A DNA stretch of 64,000 nt from Gonapodya sp. JEL0774 (lineage: Eukaryota), in NCBI GenBank assembly GCA_027604505.1, contig JADIIX010000062.1, positions 1 through 64,000 on the forward strand, read 5' to 3'. The notes under the pieces are model-generated. The model made no database searches. It was not told the origin of the DNA and saw only the letters and a program-made list of their open reading frames with translations. Below, one piece after another: positions 40,322 through 52,796 of this stretch. Every line of letters starts with the position of its first letter. The stretch's first letter is position 1. The position numbers and the translations under genes are program-made.

Positions 40322-43300
40322 ATGGATCCCCGGAATCCCGAGTGGTGGAATATTGGGTGGAGAGGAGTACAGATCGGAAGTTCACCCAGACTCCCTGTCG
40401 CTGAGGACAGAGCTTCGATGGTTTCGGTGATTCTTCCGTCGAGCGGAATGGAGGAACTCGCTGGTGGTTGGAGGGTGTCCACGGAAGGAGAGGAAAGTAG
40501 CGAAAGCCAGTGCGACGAGCTCAGCGCTGATAAGGAGCAGGGCGTTGCGGGCGAATGGCGGGACTTGCGACGAAAAAGCGAGGGTTGGTCGTTCAACGAT
40601 ACATCGTCTTCGGGAAAAGGAAGGAAATTGGGCAAGGAGGGATTTGAAACTACCTGGATTGAACCTGGTGCACATGACTTGACTGACGATGCAAGCCCGA
40701 TGGTACACGCAACGCTGGAGAGAGTCACACTTGTGCGGGATTCACTGACTGGGCCTACCTCCTTGCGAATCAAAACCTTCGGACTGAGCTTGACGGGCGA
40801 GGTAGGGTCGAATCGGTCCGGTAGGGGAGTCTGGTATGATGACGATGGAGACGACGACGACGATAGCGTAGCAGGCGCAGGGGACTTTTGGGCACCACAA
40901 ACGTGGCAGGACATGACCCCTCTTGACGAGACTGCTTCGGAAGAATCTGAGAAAGTGAACTGGGACATAGTTGCCCGTCGGCTCTCCCACAATTTTAACG
41001 GAGCTGACGAGGGAGAAAATCTCCCGATCGCCGAAACTGGCGACGACGGTGATATTTCTTCTGACGGCGATCCTTCAACACCTCGTGCATCACCTGCTCC
41101 GTACCCCTTGCCTCTTCCTCTGCCGTATGAGACAAACGTACAAGTCGGATCCACACAGGAGGCCCGTTGGACACCACTGTCCGCACCATCGTCACCTGCC
41201 CTTATTTCACTCGCCTCGAGCTCTTCCAGCGTTCTCAGCTCGTCGGGTCGAGGCGTCGGTGGTGGATTGCGACAACCATTCCATTACGGCCATTATTCCC
41301 ATCGCAGTCAACCAGAGAGCAGCTTTCGCCAGCTTGAGGTTCTCCCGTTACCTCCAATGCCGCTGTTAATGCCACTGGCGTCATCCACTCCTCTAACCCT
41401 CCCGTCTACGGTACTTCACGAGGACCCGTTTGCGGACACACACGCCATAACAACCCCGGCATCAGTTTCGTCTTCCGGATCTCTTGGCCGGTCCAGACAG
41501 TCTTTGTGGTCCAAAGCAGACACGACCTCGGTCACTTTTACACCGCGTATGCAGAACGGTGGTGCCCCTCTACCACTCCCGGCACCGCTTCTTCCCCTTC
41601 CGCCTTCCGCACCTCCCATCACCCCACCGCCAACGTACGATACGCTATCTCCACTCTCCAACCGTTCTGGATCCAATATCGCCATGTCACCCATTCCCCT
41701 CTCCAGCTCCCCCGTTTTCTTCACCCCCGAATACCCTGATTCCCCTGACCCCGATCCACCAGAGTTCGATCCCATGTTTGCATCAGTTTCCCTCTCCTTC
41801 TCCTCACCCTCGAATCCCTTAAAGCAGGGAATCCCTTCCAGTAAGTCGGTAGTGTCTGAACCTCGTCGGTTTTCCAACTATGGACCACCGGACCCCCCAA
41901 TCCTGGCACCAGCTCCTGTTCGCGTACCTCCGTTTGTTGCTGCGATGGTGCGTATCGCAAATGCAAGGGCGCGGAAACTAAAGGAGTCGCCAAAGGTTCA
42001 AAAAGTTGGCCCTTCCGAACCAAGAATGAGGGTCGTCGATCTGCGCGTATCTGTGACTGGCGGTGTCGCACCGAGTGATCATAAACGCAGCACAACTGGA
42101 AAGTCCTCTTTGGTTTCTGCTGGGAGTACGATGGCCATCACCCTCCCACGGCTCTCATCTTGCCCTCCAGCATCTTCTTCCTCTCCCTCGCCACCGCGCA
42201 CCCCGCGCGCTGGAGCCACTCCTTTTGGAGAGCCAACTTATAGTTCTGGTGCGGGGATCGCGCTCGCCGCCGGACCAAATCTAACTCACATTGACCGGTC
42301 GAGGCGAGGTAGCGGCACCGATTCGAGGCGTACTCCTTCCCCCCCCCCAGCACCACTATGGCGCAATGGGTTTGGAGTTAACTCAGAAGTGGCAATGAGG
42401 TCAGCCGGCCGTTCACCGTCACCCATATCTCCTTCATCTCCCATGTCGTCGCGTTCGGCATCCCCCAGTTCAACATCTTCTTCTTCAACTCCGACATCTG
42501 CCACCTCTTCTCACTCGCCTCGCCCTGCGTCCCCTGCATCCCCTGCATCCTACTTTTCCCGCTCCTCGGCGTCTCCGCCAGCAACACCCCCAACATTTTC
42601 CCGTTCTGCCTCGCATGATCGACGGACACCGCGGCCATCTCGCTCACCCACCCCATCATCACCGTCCCCGCCCCCCTCGCCTTCTTTGTCTTGGTCCCCG
42701 TCCGCGTCACCACTTCTTCCTCAATCGCGTACTCCGCCGGAGCGTCAGGCGCGCCGTTGGTCCGTAATACAGGGACGTTCAATTGTGGTACTTAGTGGCG
42801 GCGCAATGCAACCTTCGCAGTCCTCGCATTCGACGGCCCCGACGCGTGTTAGACACCACCATCACACAAGAAGTGCCGCAGGTGTGCCTACAACCTCCAT
42901 CATGCTTCACCACACACATCACCATGCTCACACAAAGCAGCACACAAATACTCACGCCCGACTCCCAAGTGATCCTACTGTGACATCAACCGAACAGAAG
43001 GATATTGTGGCTCTGAATGCTACTTCAGACACGTTTCCTGCTAATGCAACTCCTCGAACACAACGTAGGATTCGCAAAGTCCCCTCATGGACCGAAGGAC
43101 TTGGTGCGTCGCGAGCAGTTTCCCCTGCAATTCCGGGCGAAGTTGGAGAGACACCAGGACCCGATGGCACGATTGTGACATCAGAAGCTTGGGCGGCTGT
43201 GGAAGAATTGACGATGGGATTGGAGGCAGAGGTTTCTGTGGACGGTACCAAAGAATCTGGATATGGAGATGGGTGGTGAGTCACTTGTGTGACGCAGGTT

Positions 43301-44220
43301 CTGTTTAGGACAAGTAAGTTTGGTTTGACATCCCCGGTTCTCTTTGCAGTATGTACCCAAACACCACACCATTATCGCTGTACCTCGCTCGCCGAGAGCT
43401 ACGTGGCATTCTCCATCGTGCATATCTGTCCGCGGCTCCCTCTTTGCCGTCCTTGCCTTCCACTGGGGACTTTCCACCGAGTCCTGTTGTTTCAAAAGTC
43501 GTTGAGAGTGCGGCGGTGATTCCGGCCCCCGGTCTGGAGTTGGACCAAGACGAACGGGAGGGTACACCTGTACCGCAGCCACCACCTGCGTATGCGGAAT
43601 CACATCGCTCCTCATCGCATCGCTCCTCATCTCATCGTTCCTCTTCACCGGTGGGCGTCGGAGTGAAGGTCCCCAGGATCCTGGAGTCTCGATCCCCAGT
43701 GTTAAACCCAGCCACCCCTCGCCCAAGCCCTAGGCGTGGTAATGGTGCATCTTCGTCTGCCTCTGCAACGTCTACGTCCACCTTTTCTTCCATTGGGACG
43801 GGTAACTCGTGGTCTTCGAGAGGATCGGGCTCGTCTTCGGGATCTGCTGATTCTGGTGCAGGAATGGTGGGAGGATCTTCGATGGCTGTCACGGTGTCGG
43901 TCTTTGGTTCTCGTGACAATGAGGATGCCGTTGACCCGGCCAGTCCGACGCGGGGTGGCACCCCTCGGCCCAGTCCTCGACGAGGGTTAGTAGTGGGTGG
44001 TACAGGGGGATTCAAAGTTGCGGGCAGCAAGCCGCCACTGAGTATTGGTGGTGGCGTTGGTGTGGGACTTGGCTTGTTGGCAGTGCTGGGCCGCCGGGAA
44101 GAAGAGGGAGATGGCAAAACTCCCACCCCAGGGAAGGGAGGTGCGAGCCGTGGAATTGGAGGAGGTTTCGGGATGCGTGGTGGAAAGAAAGGATGGGTTT
44201 GGAGGGAAGAAAATGGATGA
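40322..44220 (+). CDS. Long Ser/Pro-rich intrinsically disordered protein of unknown function
   Basis: A 985-codon ORF can be joined in frame to ORF 43351-44220 by a short GT-AG intron ending at 43349. No recognisable domain. Confidence 0.6.
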
Positions 44221-45005
44221 ATCACGTCGGAGGCTATTGTCTGAGTGAGGTTCAGGTTGTGATAAGGCGCTGGCGTTCTTATCGATTGTTATTGTCGGAT
44301 TCTGTCTTGGATCGAGTGGAAGTGGACTCAACGCTATCGTCATCCCAGAATTTGGCGGATCGCAGGCGGGTTCAAACTCAGTATTGCAACTCACCTATTG
44401 TTCTCTCCCATTCAATTTTTTTTGCCTATGGAGGGGAGGGAGAGGTTGCCATTCCTTTTACCACAGCTCTATGCATTGTGAGCGCGAACTGTGTATTTAT
44501 ATTTCTTCCAACACCGTTGGTGTGTACAAAGCTGACCGTTTGAACATGACTTTTTTGTAAATTTGAGAATTGAAGTTGGATGAGCTAGAACAATGTCTTT
44601 GTCGTCCAATAGCCACGTGCACAATTCATTTTTACATAATGAAGCGACAATGTTCCCTAATCACCTGGCGGTCTCCTCCCTCCCCCTCAATCCATCGAGC
44701 GGCAGGATGCAATGCGTATCGATTATCACTTGAACTAATGAGCGTGATGAGTGCGGCAGAAGAACGGGGAAGAAAATCCCTAGATTATTATCTTAGATAT
44801 CCAAATTCGTGAATTTCAAAGAAGTGCATGAGAGCAGGGTCGAGTAGATCTTGGTGGTTGAATGAAAGGTATTCACTCTCACATACTTCAATTACTCCAA
44901 ACTGCGTGCAACGAATCGGAGAAGTACAAAATTGGCCAGCATATCATCAATAACCTGTATCGGGAGTACCTCCACAAAACCACGCCAACCTTGACCACCC
45001 CAATC

Positions 45006-48000
45006 TCACGTCGTGATCAACGGCCTCGTATGTCGTATCAACCACTCCTTTGCTTCCTCGACAGAAACGCCACCACGCCCTTTGCTGCCGTACGCGTCCA
45101 GACACGGAAGCATAGTCTCACGGACTCTGACGTGGTATTCGTCGAGCCTGAAGCAGAAACAATGAGCAAGAGCGTATGTGGTTGGCAAGTAAAATTCTCC
45201 CCGTGTCTCACAGACCGATACGCAAATTCGACCCACCATTTCGTCTCCTTCCTCGTCAAATCTTCCACATCGATCAAGTCCCTCTCAAACGGTAAAAAAT
45301 CCACCGGATCGAACCTCAACCACGACCTCTCCCCGCCGATCCCCTCGTACGCCCCCTTCCCCTCCGCCCGCACCACCACCGTCGTATTCTCCAACCTATA
45401 CCCCACCTCTCCCACCACATACACCGCCGGCTCGATCGTCACCACGTTGCCCTCCCGCAGGGCCACACGGTCGTGCACCTTCTCCGACCCAATCCCGTGC
45501 GGTCCCTCGAGCACCGTGGTCCCGAACCCGATCCCGTGGCCCTGCAGGGCGCTCGAGTCCAACCGCAGGTCCCACAGCGGGCGCCGGATGAGACTGTCGA
45601 TCTGGTACCCCGTGGTGCCAGAGGGGAACTCCAGGCTGGACCCGGCGATGAAGCACCGGAGCAGCGCGGTGTAGACCTGGCGCTCGCGTGGTGTGGGAGC
45701 GCGGGGGCGGTGGGGGTGGCGGTAGAAGTACACGCGGGTGAAGTTCTAGAGTCGGGACGGGGCGCGGCGGGCGGGGAGGTATCACGCGTATGCTACACGC
45801 CGCAAATCACCGTTCGCCCCCCCCAACCCACCGTGGTCCCGTCCACATAATGTCCCCCCGACACATGTACGTAGGGCCCCGACACTGCGAACGGCAGGTT
45901 CCTGTCCGGCGTGGGGGTGGTGGGCATGGACGTGTTGCCAGCGAAGGCGGAAATGGTGCCGAAGGAGGGGCGAAGGTAGCCGGCTTGGAGTCTGCCGAGG
46001 GGGGGGGGTGGGGAGGGTGTGGTGTCTCTAAAGCACGCTCGCCAGTGCACGCAAGCGAGCCAAACCCATCCAGCTCACCTCCTCAACTCCTCCACCTTTT
46101 CGACACACTCGAGTTCGGAGAGCTCCTTTTCTCCCGTTGCGGGTCTCCTTTCCACCTCCCGTGCCATCCAGGTGAAGAGTTCGACGGCGGCCGTGCAGTC
46201 GCGGAGGTGGCAGGTGCGGAAGTGGGACAATTGGACGGCCGGGGGGGACGATTTGAGATATTCGATGGGGCTTGCACGATGGAGGATGGGCTACGGGGGG
46301 GTGGGTTGGGGGGGTGCGGGGTGAGGCGAGCGCGTGGAGGTGGCGAGACCACAGGCATGCGAGGAATCACCCACCCCGTCCATCACCAGCTGGGTGACGG
46401 TCTTGTCCCCCCGCGCCTTCCACCCTCCCGCTGCCGCGACGGCCACCTCGACCACCGTGCGGGGGTCCATCAGAACCTTTTGTCCCCTCTGGGCACACAC
46501 GGCGGCGGCTTCTGCCACGCCGCGGAACACGTCCTCGTAGGGGCGGAGGTGAACGCCCAAGGGGGCCAGCGAGGCGAGCACGGAGGGAGGGGAGAGAGGG
46601 GATGTGGAGGCGGTGTGGAGAGGGACGAGCGGGGTGTGGGTGTCGGTGGCGGGGCGGAAGTGGGCGTCGTCGATGAAGACGGTGGTGGGCGGGACCGTCT
46701 GGCCGGTCCCTTGCGCCTCGTCGTCGTCACCCGCTTCGAGCTCGACCCCGACCACCACATACCCCGCCACGCCCCCGCCATACTCCCCCCCGCCCCCCCT
46801 CCACCCCGTCAACCACGCCACCTCGTCCATCCTGGCGACGACCATGGCGGAACACCCGGCGTCGCGGATGGCGCGGCGGGTGAGCGAGAGGGCGGCGGGC
46901 AGGGAGAGGCCGGTGAGTGAGGGGGAGAGGGAGAAGAGAGGGGGTGGGGATTGGGCGGGGTGGGCGGGGCGGAGGGGGTCGATGGGGTTGGTGGGGGTGG
47001 GGAGGAAGGAGAGGTTGGGGAGGTGGGATTCGAGGCTAGGCGGGGTCGGGGGGAGGACTAGGTGTGAGTGGGGGCGGAAAGAGGGGCGGAAAGGGGCTAC
47101 CTGGTCGTCTCCATCGATTTCCTTTCTCTCCCACCATCCCTCTCATCCCGCGTGAATCAAACGAAAGAACCCTGAACGAAAACCCCTCCCTCCCTCCCTC
47201 CCTCCCATCACCACAAACTCACCCCATGATGAACCCCACCGTCGTCACCACCGGGTCAAACCCCACTTTACCGCCGCGTTTGACGTGTCGGGCGAGCCAT
47301 GCGGCGGGGGAGTCGCCCGAGGTGGAGGGAAGGTCCCAGAGGGAGGTGTCGACGATGTGGGAGGCCTGAGGGGGGAGTTTGACGGGGTTACAGGGTGAGT
47401 GGGGTTATGGGAAATGGGGTGGAAGGATGGAAGAACAGGTGTGTGGAGAGGAGCACTACACGGCCACGATAGTGCACACACTTGAGCGATTCCACTGACG
47501 CCCGGCCACGACTTTCACACCATTGGCCACTTCACTAACGCCATTCAACTCCTAACAACACGTGTCCACCACCCACTACCGTCACGCCTGTGTCCTTTTT
47601 CACTCCCCGTCCACCCCTACTCACCATGACGCCTCCGAGCCCGCCAGCCCACAAGGCGGCCTTGGTATCGGTGACGGCGCAGGTGCCGCCGAATTGGGTG
47701 TATCCGGTGAGGAAACCTGGGCGTTTGTGGGCTGCGGGGGGTTCCTGGAGGAGGGGTGGGGGGGTGAGTGAGAGGAACGCGAAGCAGGGGAGAGTGGGGA
47801 GCGGACTCACGAAAGAGGTCTTGAGAGAGGAGTATCAGGGTGTGATGGAGGTGGAAGCCCCAAGGAGACAAAGAGAAGAAACCAAGAGAAAAAAGACACA
47901 GCGGAATGGGAGAAGAAGAACAGAACAAAAATCGGAGTCGATGGATGAAGCACATGCAGACACGTCAGAAGGTGATGATGAAATAAGTGTGACTGTGACC

Positions 48001-48166
48001 GCAGAAGACTCACGCCATGAGCATCTGAGTATTCTACGACCAGGGCATCCAATCCCCAGAGACGCAGAGTGTGGCGTAATGCGGCGAGTTGAGGAGCCGA
48101 AGTGTGGGTGTGCAGGGGGAGGAACGTTGGCGGATCCGCCGAGTCAGGGAGCGGTGACGTCACCAT
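45006..48166 (-). CDS. Xaa-Pro aminopeptidase P (M24B, XPNPEP1/Fra1-like) homologue, probably catalytically inactive, multi-exon
   Basis: Creatinase-N-like LAALRHTL...LDALVVEYSDAH; FLTGYT; DEVAWL; PSFGTIS; SGGHYVDGTT; GHGIG; TIEPAVY; GYRLEN; VDFLPFERDLI. The start is approximate. Confidence 0.85.
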
Positions 48167-48503
48167 GGCGTGTAAGAACAGGGATTGCAACGGATGCAGG
48201 TGGACTGTGCGTTGCCCAGTTGTGTCCGCTGCTGCTGCTGCTGCTGCGAGTTGCTGTGCGTGTCCTCGTGTCAAGTCGGGTCAATGCGGGCCGACTCCCC
48301 AACACATGATCGTGATCGCCTGTGGCCACAGCAAGCTCCCACCACTTCCCCTTCAAAACCCCAATTCTTCTTTCTTGGCAGACTTATGGATCTGCCTCCT
48401 TTTACCCCGCAGCTTCTCGCAACTGATACATCCGAAGAATGATAAGCTGCCATTTCTTGCACTAAGCTTCTTGATATTGCGATTCCATCGTACTCCGCGG
48501 TGT

Positions 48504-50111
48504 TCACTCATCACATGAATCCTCCTCCTCTTCATCTTCTCCTTCATCATCCTCTCCCTCACTGGCCCCTTCCTCCCAGGTTGACCTATAGAGAGGTGAC
48601 GCGAAGATCGCTGGCATCCGTTTCGTATCCTGGATCTTCACAAGGTGATGATCTGACGCATGAACGATTCCCGAATGCTCCTCACAAGCGCGACACTGAA
48701 TGGAGGGGAGTTTTGGCACGCGAAAATCGTCGCGCCGCATTGTCAAACAACGCACCAGATCATAATCGACACATTCGAGACTGTCCGTGAAGAACACAAG
48801 GACATAAAATTCAGGTTGGAAGTTTTAATGTCTCGTAAGATCGACACTCTGTACTCATCGTACCATTTGAACCGCGGACCCGAAAGGTCAACCGACTTGC
48901 AATTGTCACACCGCACGCCCACATGAGACACTTTGTAGGGATCCAAAGGGAGGGCCGCAAAGTCTTTGCGACCACTCGAAGGCATGTACTGGTTTGGAAA
49001 AACGGCAAATGCGATAGCATTTGTAAGCGTACGCCACAGAAGCATCGCGCTTGTTTTGTCGTCAGAAAAGAAAAAAAATAAAATGAAGTACTCACCATGC
49101 CTCCAAGCAGTCGAAGGACCAGGTTCAGGGTCGATTCCATTTGTATGTTGTAGTCCGCGAGTGTTTTGCCGTTCTCCAGTTGTTTCCCTGCAAAGATGAA
49201 CCTCTGCTCGTCAGATGGAACTCCCTCCTTGCCTTCAATGAGCCTCTTAATATCATCTATGGTGTTCTTCGGATTCACGTTGAGGGTGATCAATGCACCA
49301 GTGTAGGTTTTCACAAATATCTGCATGTTGGGCTTTGCATTGTCTGACACACGAACCGGAAGGGACCGACCAATGGCTTCAGACGCAGGTCACAATCGAA
49401 AGAGGCGGTAGAGGCGTGACACGTACCAGGTGCCCCATTACCAACCTGGGCTCCACTGGCTACCGCTACCTTGCCCTCACTGTGAGAGAGTGTTTCGGAC
49501 GGCGTCTCCTCTCCCGACACCCCGACAGAGTGATGTAAAGGCACTCCAGAGGATGGTGGCGGGACCCGTGGAGGCTTGGGCGCCGGTCGGCCGCGTGTGC
49601 GTTGCATGTACAAAGTTGCACCAGGGTTGTTCTTATTGTCCAGACGACCATATCAGCACGGTGTGGAGGACCAGCACCACCAGCATCATACACTCACAAG
49701 GAGAAAAGCGCTTCTCGGGATTTTCTTGTTACTGCTGAGGTCGACGTACAGGTCAAGTTCGTCTGCCACGTTTCACCTATCGATGAACACCACCCCACAC
49801 CGGCCGGGCGATTCCAACCACCACGCTCACTGGATTTCCTGCCAAAGTTCAGCGCAGCCTTGTTCAGGAGCATGCCCACGGTCGTCTTGGAGCAACATTG
49901 TACTTTGTACGTCCCGCGCTTCCAGTCCACTTTACTACGTACGAGATGAGGTGATGGAGCTGCAATCATAGTACCAAGATTCCCATGCATTTCCAGCTGC
50001 AGCTTACTCGGAATACTCAATTTCCACTGTAAAAAACTCCACTGGTGAAGATGGTGTGGCATCTTTGGCGATCACAACAACTGGTCGGTAACGGAGAGTT
50101 GACGTCACCAT
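48504..50111 (-). pseudogene. UBL-ubiquitin-ZZ paralogue, copy 1 (4-nt duplication frameshift in exon 2; ubiquitin-ZZ half open)
   Basis: Same exon layout as copy 3; MQIFVKT...LRLLGG; ZZ motif CDNC...CLEC...CRAC...H..H; tacg-tacg duplication at 49936-49943. Confidence 0.75.
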
Positions 50112-50581
50112 CCCGGCCGGACGTGATCCAGCGAAGAAGGACTTGCAGATGCGCTTAAAAGGAAAAAGCGAGACAATCAAACTTTGCTAAGTGGAAGAAA
50201 ACGTCGGATTAGAGTTGATGGAGCGAGAAGCAAATCAAAAACCGAATGACGGAAGGGTGGTTCCGAATGCCCGGTAGTGCAATCTACAAACCAGGTCCCA
50301 CAATAGAATCAACACGCTCCCCGCGAAAATCACAACTGAGTTTGAACTATTTATTATTCTTGGAAGACTAGTTTCATGATAGATAGATGTATGATCGCGT
50401 ACTTTCCACCAGCAGCGCTTAGCACCAGACATTTACCGTTGCCTGTGCAAGGTCTCCTCTCCAGAAGTCTCAAAAAATCAATGGGGTAAAGAAAAAGCAA
50501 CCAGCTCTGAATGTTAGGATTTATGTATGGCTTTCCCACAATGCTCCATTTCGATGTTCACTCGCCATCATATGTATCCTC

Positions 50582-52169
50582 CTACTCATAACCCTCATTT
50601 CCCTCATCTTTATCTTCACCTTCTTCGTCCTCTCCCTCGCTGGCCCCTTCCTCCCAGGTTGACCTGTAGAGAGGTGACGCGAAGATCGCTGGCATTCGCT
50701 TGGTGTCCTGGATCTTGACGAGGTGATGATCTGGCGCATGAACGATTCCCGAATGCTCCTCGCAAGCGCGGCACTGAATGGAGGGGAGTTTTGGCACGTG
50801 AGAATCGTCGCGCCGCATTGTCAAACAACATACCAGATCATAATCGACACATTCAAGACTGCCCGCGAAGAACGCAAGGACATTAAAATCAGGTTCGAAG
50901 TTTTAGTGTCTTGTAAGATCAACACTCTGTGTACTCATCGTACTATTTGAACCGCGGACAAGAGAAATCAAACGACTTGCAATTATCACACTGTACACCG
51001 ACGTTTGAATCCTGATGTGAACCTAACGGAAGGGCCTCGAATTCCTTGCGACCACTCGAAGGCATGTACAGAATTGAAAACAGCAATGTGCAACGTTAAC
51101 TTGTGAAGAGCACGATACAGCCGCGTCGCACTCGTCTCGTCACCCAAAGAGAAAAGAAAGATTACTTACCATTCCTCCACGATGCCGTAGCACCAGATGC
51201 AAGACCGAGTTTGGCGATATTTTGTAGTGTGCAATCGTTCTCCAATCCAATCCTCGAGTTGTTGTGCCTCAGATATCAGCCTTTGCTGCGCAGTTGGGAC
51301 TCCGTCCTTCTATTGGATGAGCTTCTTGATATCTTCGATGGTGTTCTCCCAGACAAAGTCGAGGATGATCGTTTTGCCTAAGAGCGTTTTCACATAGATC
51401 TGGTAGCTGGGTTCCGGCTTATCTGACAATTGAACGGACGAGACCAAGAGCGTCAGAAACATGTCACAAAGAGAGATACCGAGGAGTTGTTGTGAGTACC
51501 GGCTACCCCATCTTCAGCCTTGGATATGCATGATCCTGCGATATCGCCCTCGGAGAAAGAGAGTCCACCGGATTGATTCCTCTGTCCCGGTGCATGGACA
51601 GCTTTATGCAAAGGCAGTGCAGAGAATGGCGGCGGGATGGCTGAAAGTTGAGGAGTAGCTCGCCCTCGTTCGCGCTTGACGTACAGAGTTGTACCCGGGT
51701 GGTCCTTGTTCAAATTTGACATACGACATGATCAGTAGCGTATCCAAGGCTCACAAACACTAGTACATTATACATACAGCGAGTAAAGTGATCCTTGGTA
51801 TTTTCTTATCGCAGCTGGAGTCGGCATACAGGTCAAGCTCGTCTGGCGAAACTTTGGAGGTGTTGATCAACAGAAACCCCAACACCAGGCGCACCACGCT
51901 CACTGGAGTTCCCGCCAATGTTCACTGCAGTTTCATCCAAAAGCATCCCCGCGGTCGTCTCGGAACAACACTGTGCTCTGTAACTCCCCTTCTTCCACTC
52001 AACAGTACCACGAAATGCGAGTTCCATTAGGTCGAGTATCCCATGTATCTCCGGCTGCAGCTTACTCGGAAAGCTCAATCTTCACTCTAAAGATCTCCAA
52101 CGGTTGAGCAGTTGTGGCATCCTTGGCGATCACAACAACTGGTCGATAGCGGACTGTTGACGTCACCAT
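50582..52169 (-). pseudogene. UBL-ubiquitin-ZZ paralogue, copy 2
   Basis: Homologous exons; in-frame TAG at 51310-51312; 5-nt duplication near 51241-51253 inside ubiquitin; first intron acceptor appears lost; ubiquitin ends LRHRGG. Confidence 0.82.
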
Positions 52170-52796
52170 CTCTGCTGGACGTGATCCGACGAAGAAGAAC
52201 GCGCAGATGCGGTTCAAGAGCAAAACTGGACGCCCAGAATTTGCTTTGAGTGGAAGAGAACGCTAGAACGCAGCTGTTGCGACAAGACACGATTTCTAAC
52301 AGCGAACGGCTCCTGATCCGTGTGACCGCAGTATCCGCTCGTGACTGGCCAATCGTATGCACCAACCCGGAAGCCGGTCCCAAGTCACTAAAGCAGCGGG
52401 AGGGGGCGAAAAGGAGGAACAGACGCCGGCAGGAAACTCTCGCGGCAAGGGTTATTGGTGTGAGCAATGGCTCGCGAGAAACAAGCCGGAAGTCATGTGA
52501 GTCAGAGACCCAAACCTCCTGCCACAGGTTCAAGTGACTAAGCAAATGCAATGCAACACTTAAGATTTATTTAAGAGTTGAGTCGGTTGAACACAATGTA
52601 TAAGTTGACAATAACAGGGGAAAGTGGCAGGCACAAGTAGTTCGTTCAGACGGCAGGCTTTATTCCAAAATATCAGAAAAAAAGAAAAAAGGCCAAAACA
52701 AGAAATTTCAAACACCCTGACGCGCGGCACTCTGTACGCTGTCGCCCGTCTTCCAATGTCCCCCCACCTATTCCCGTCGACACCGATCACCCGCCC

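Noticed and set aside
48155..48166. The aminopeptidase start shares ATGGTGACGTCA with the starts of array copies 1 and 2
   Set aside because: Only 12 nt with no flanking similarity, so probably coincidence.
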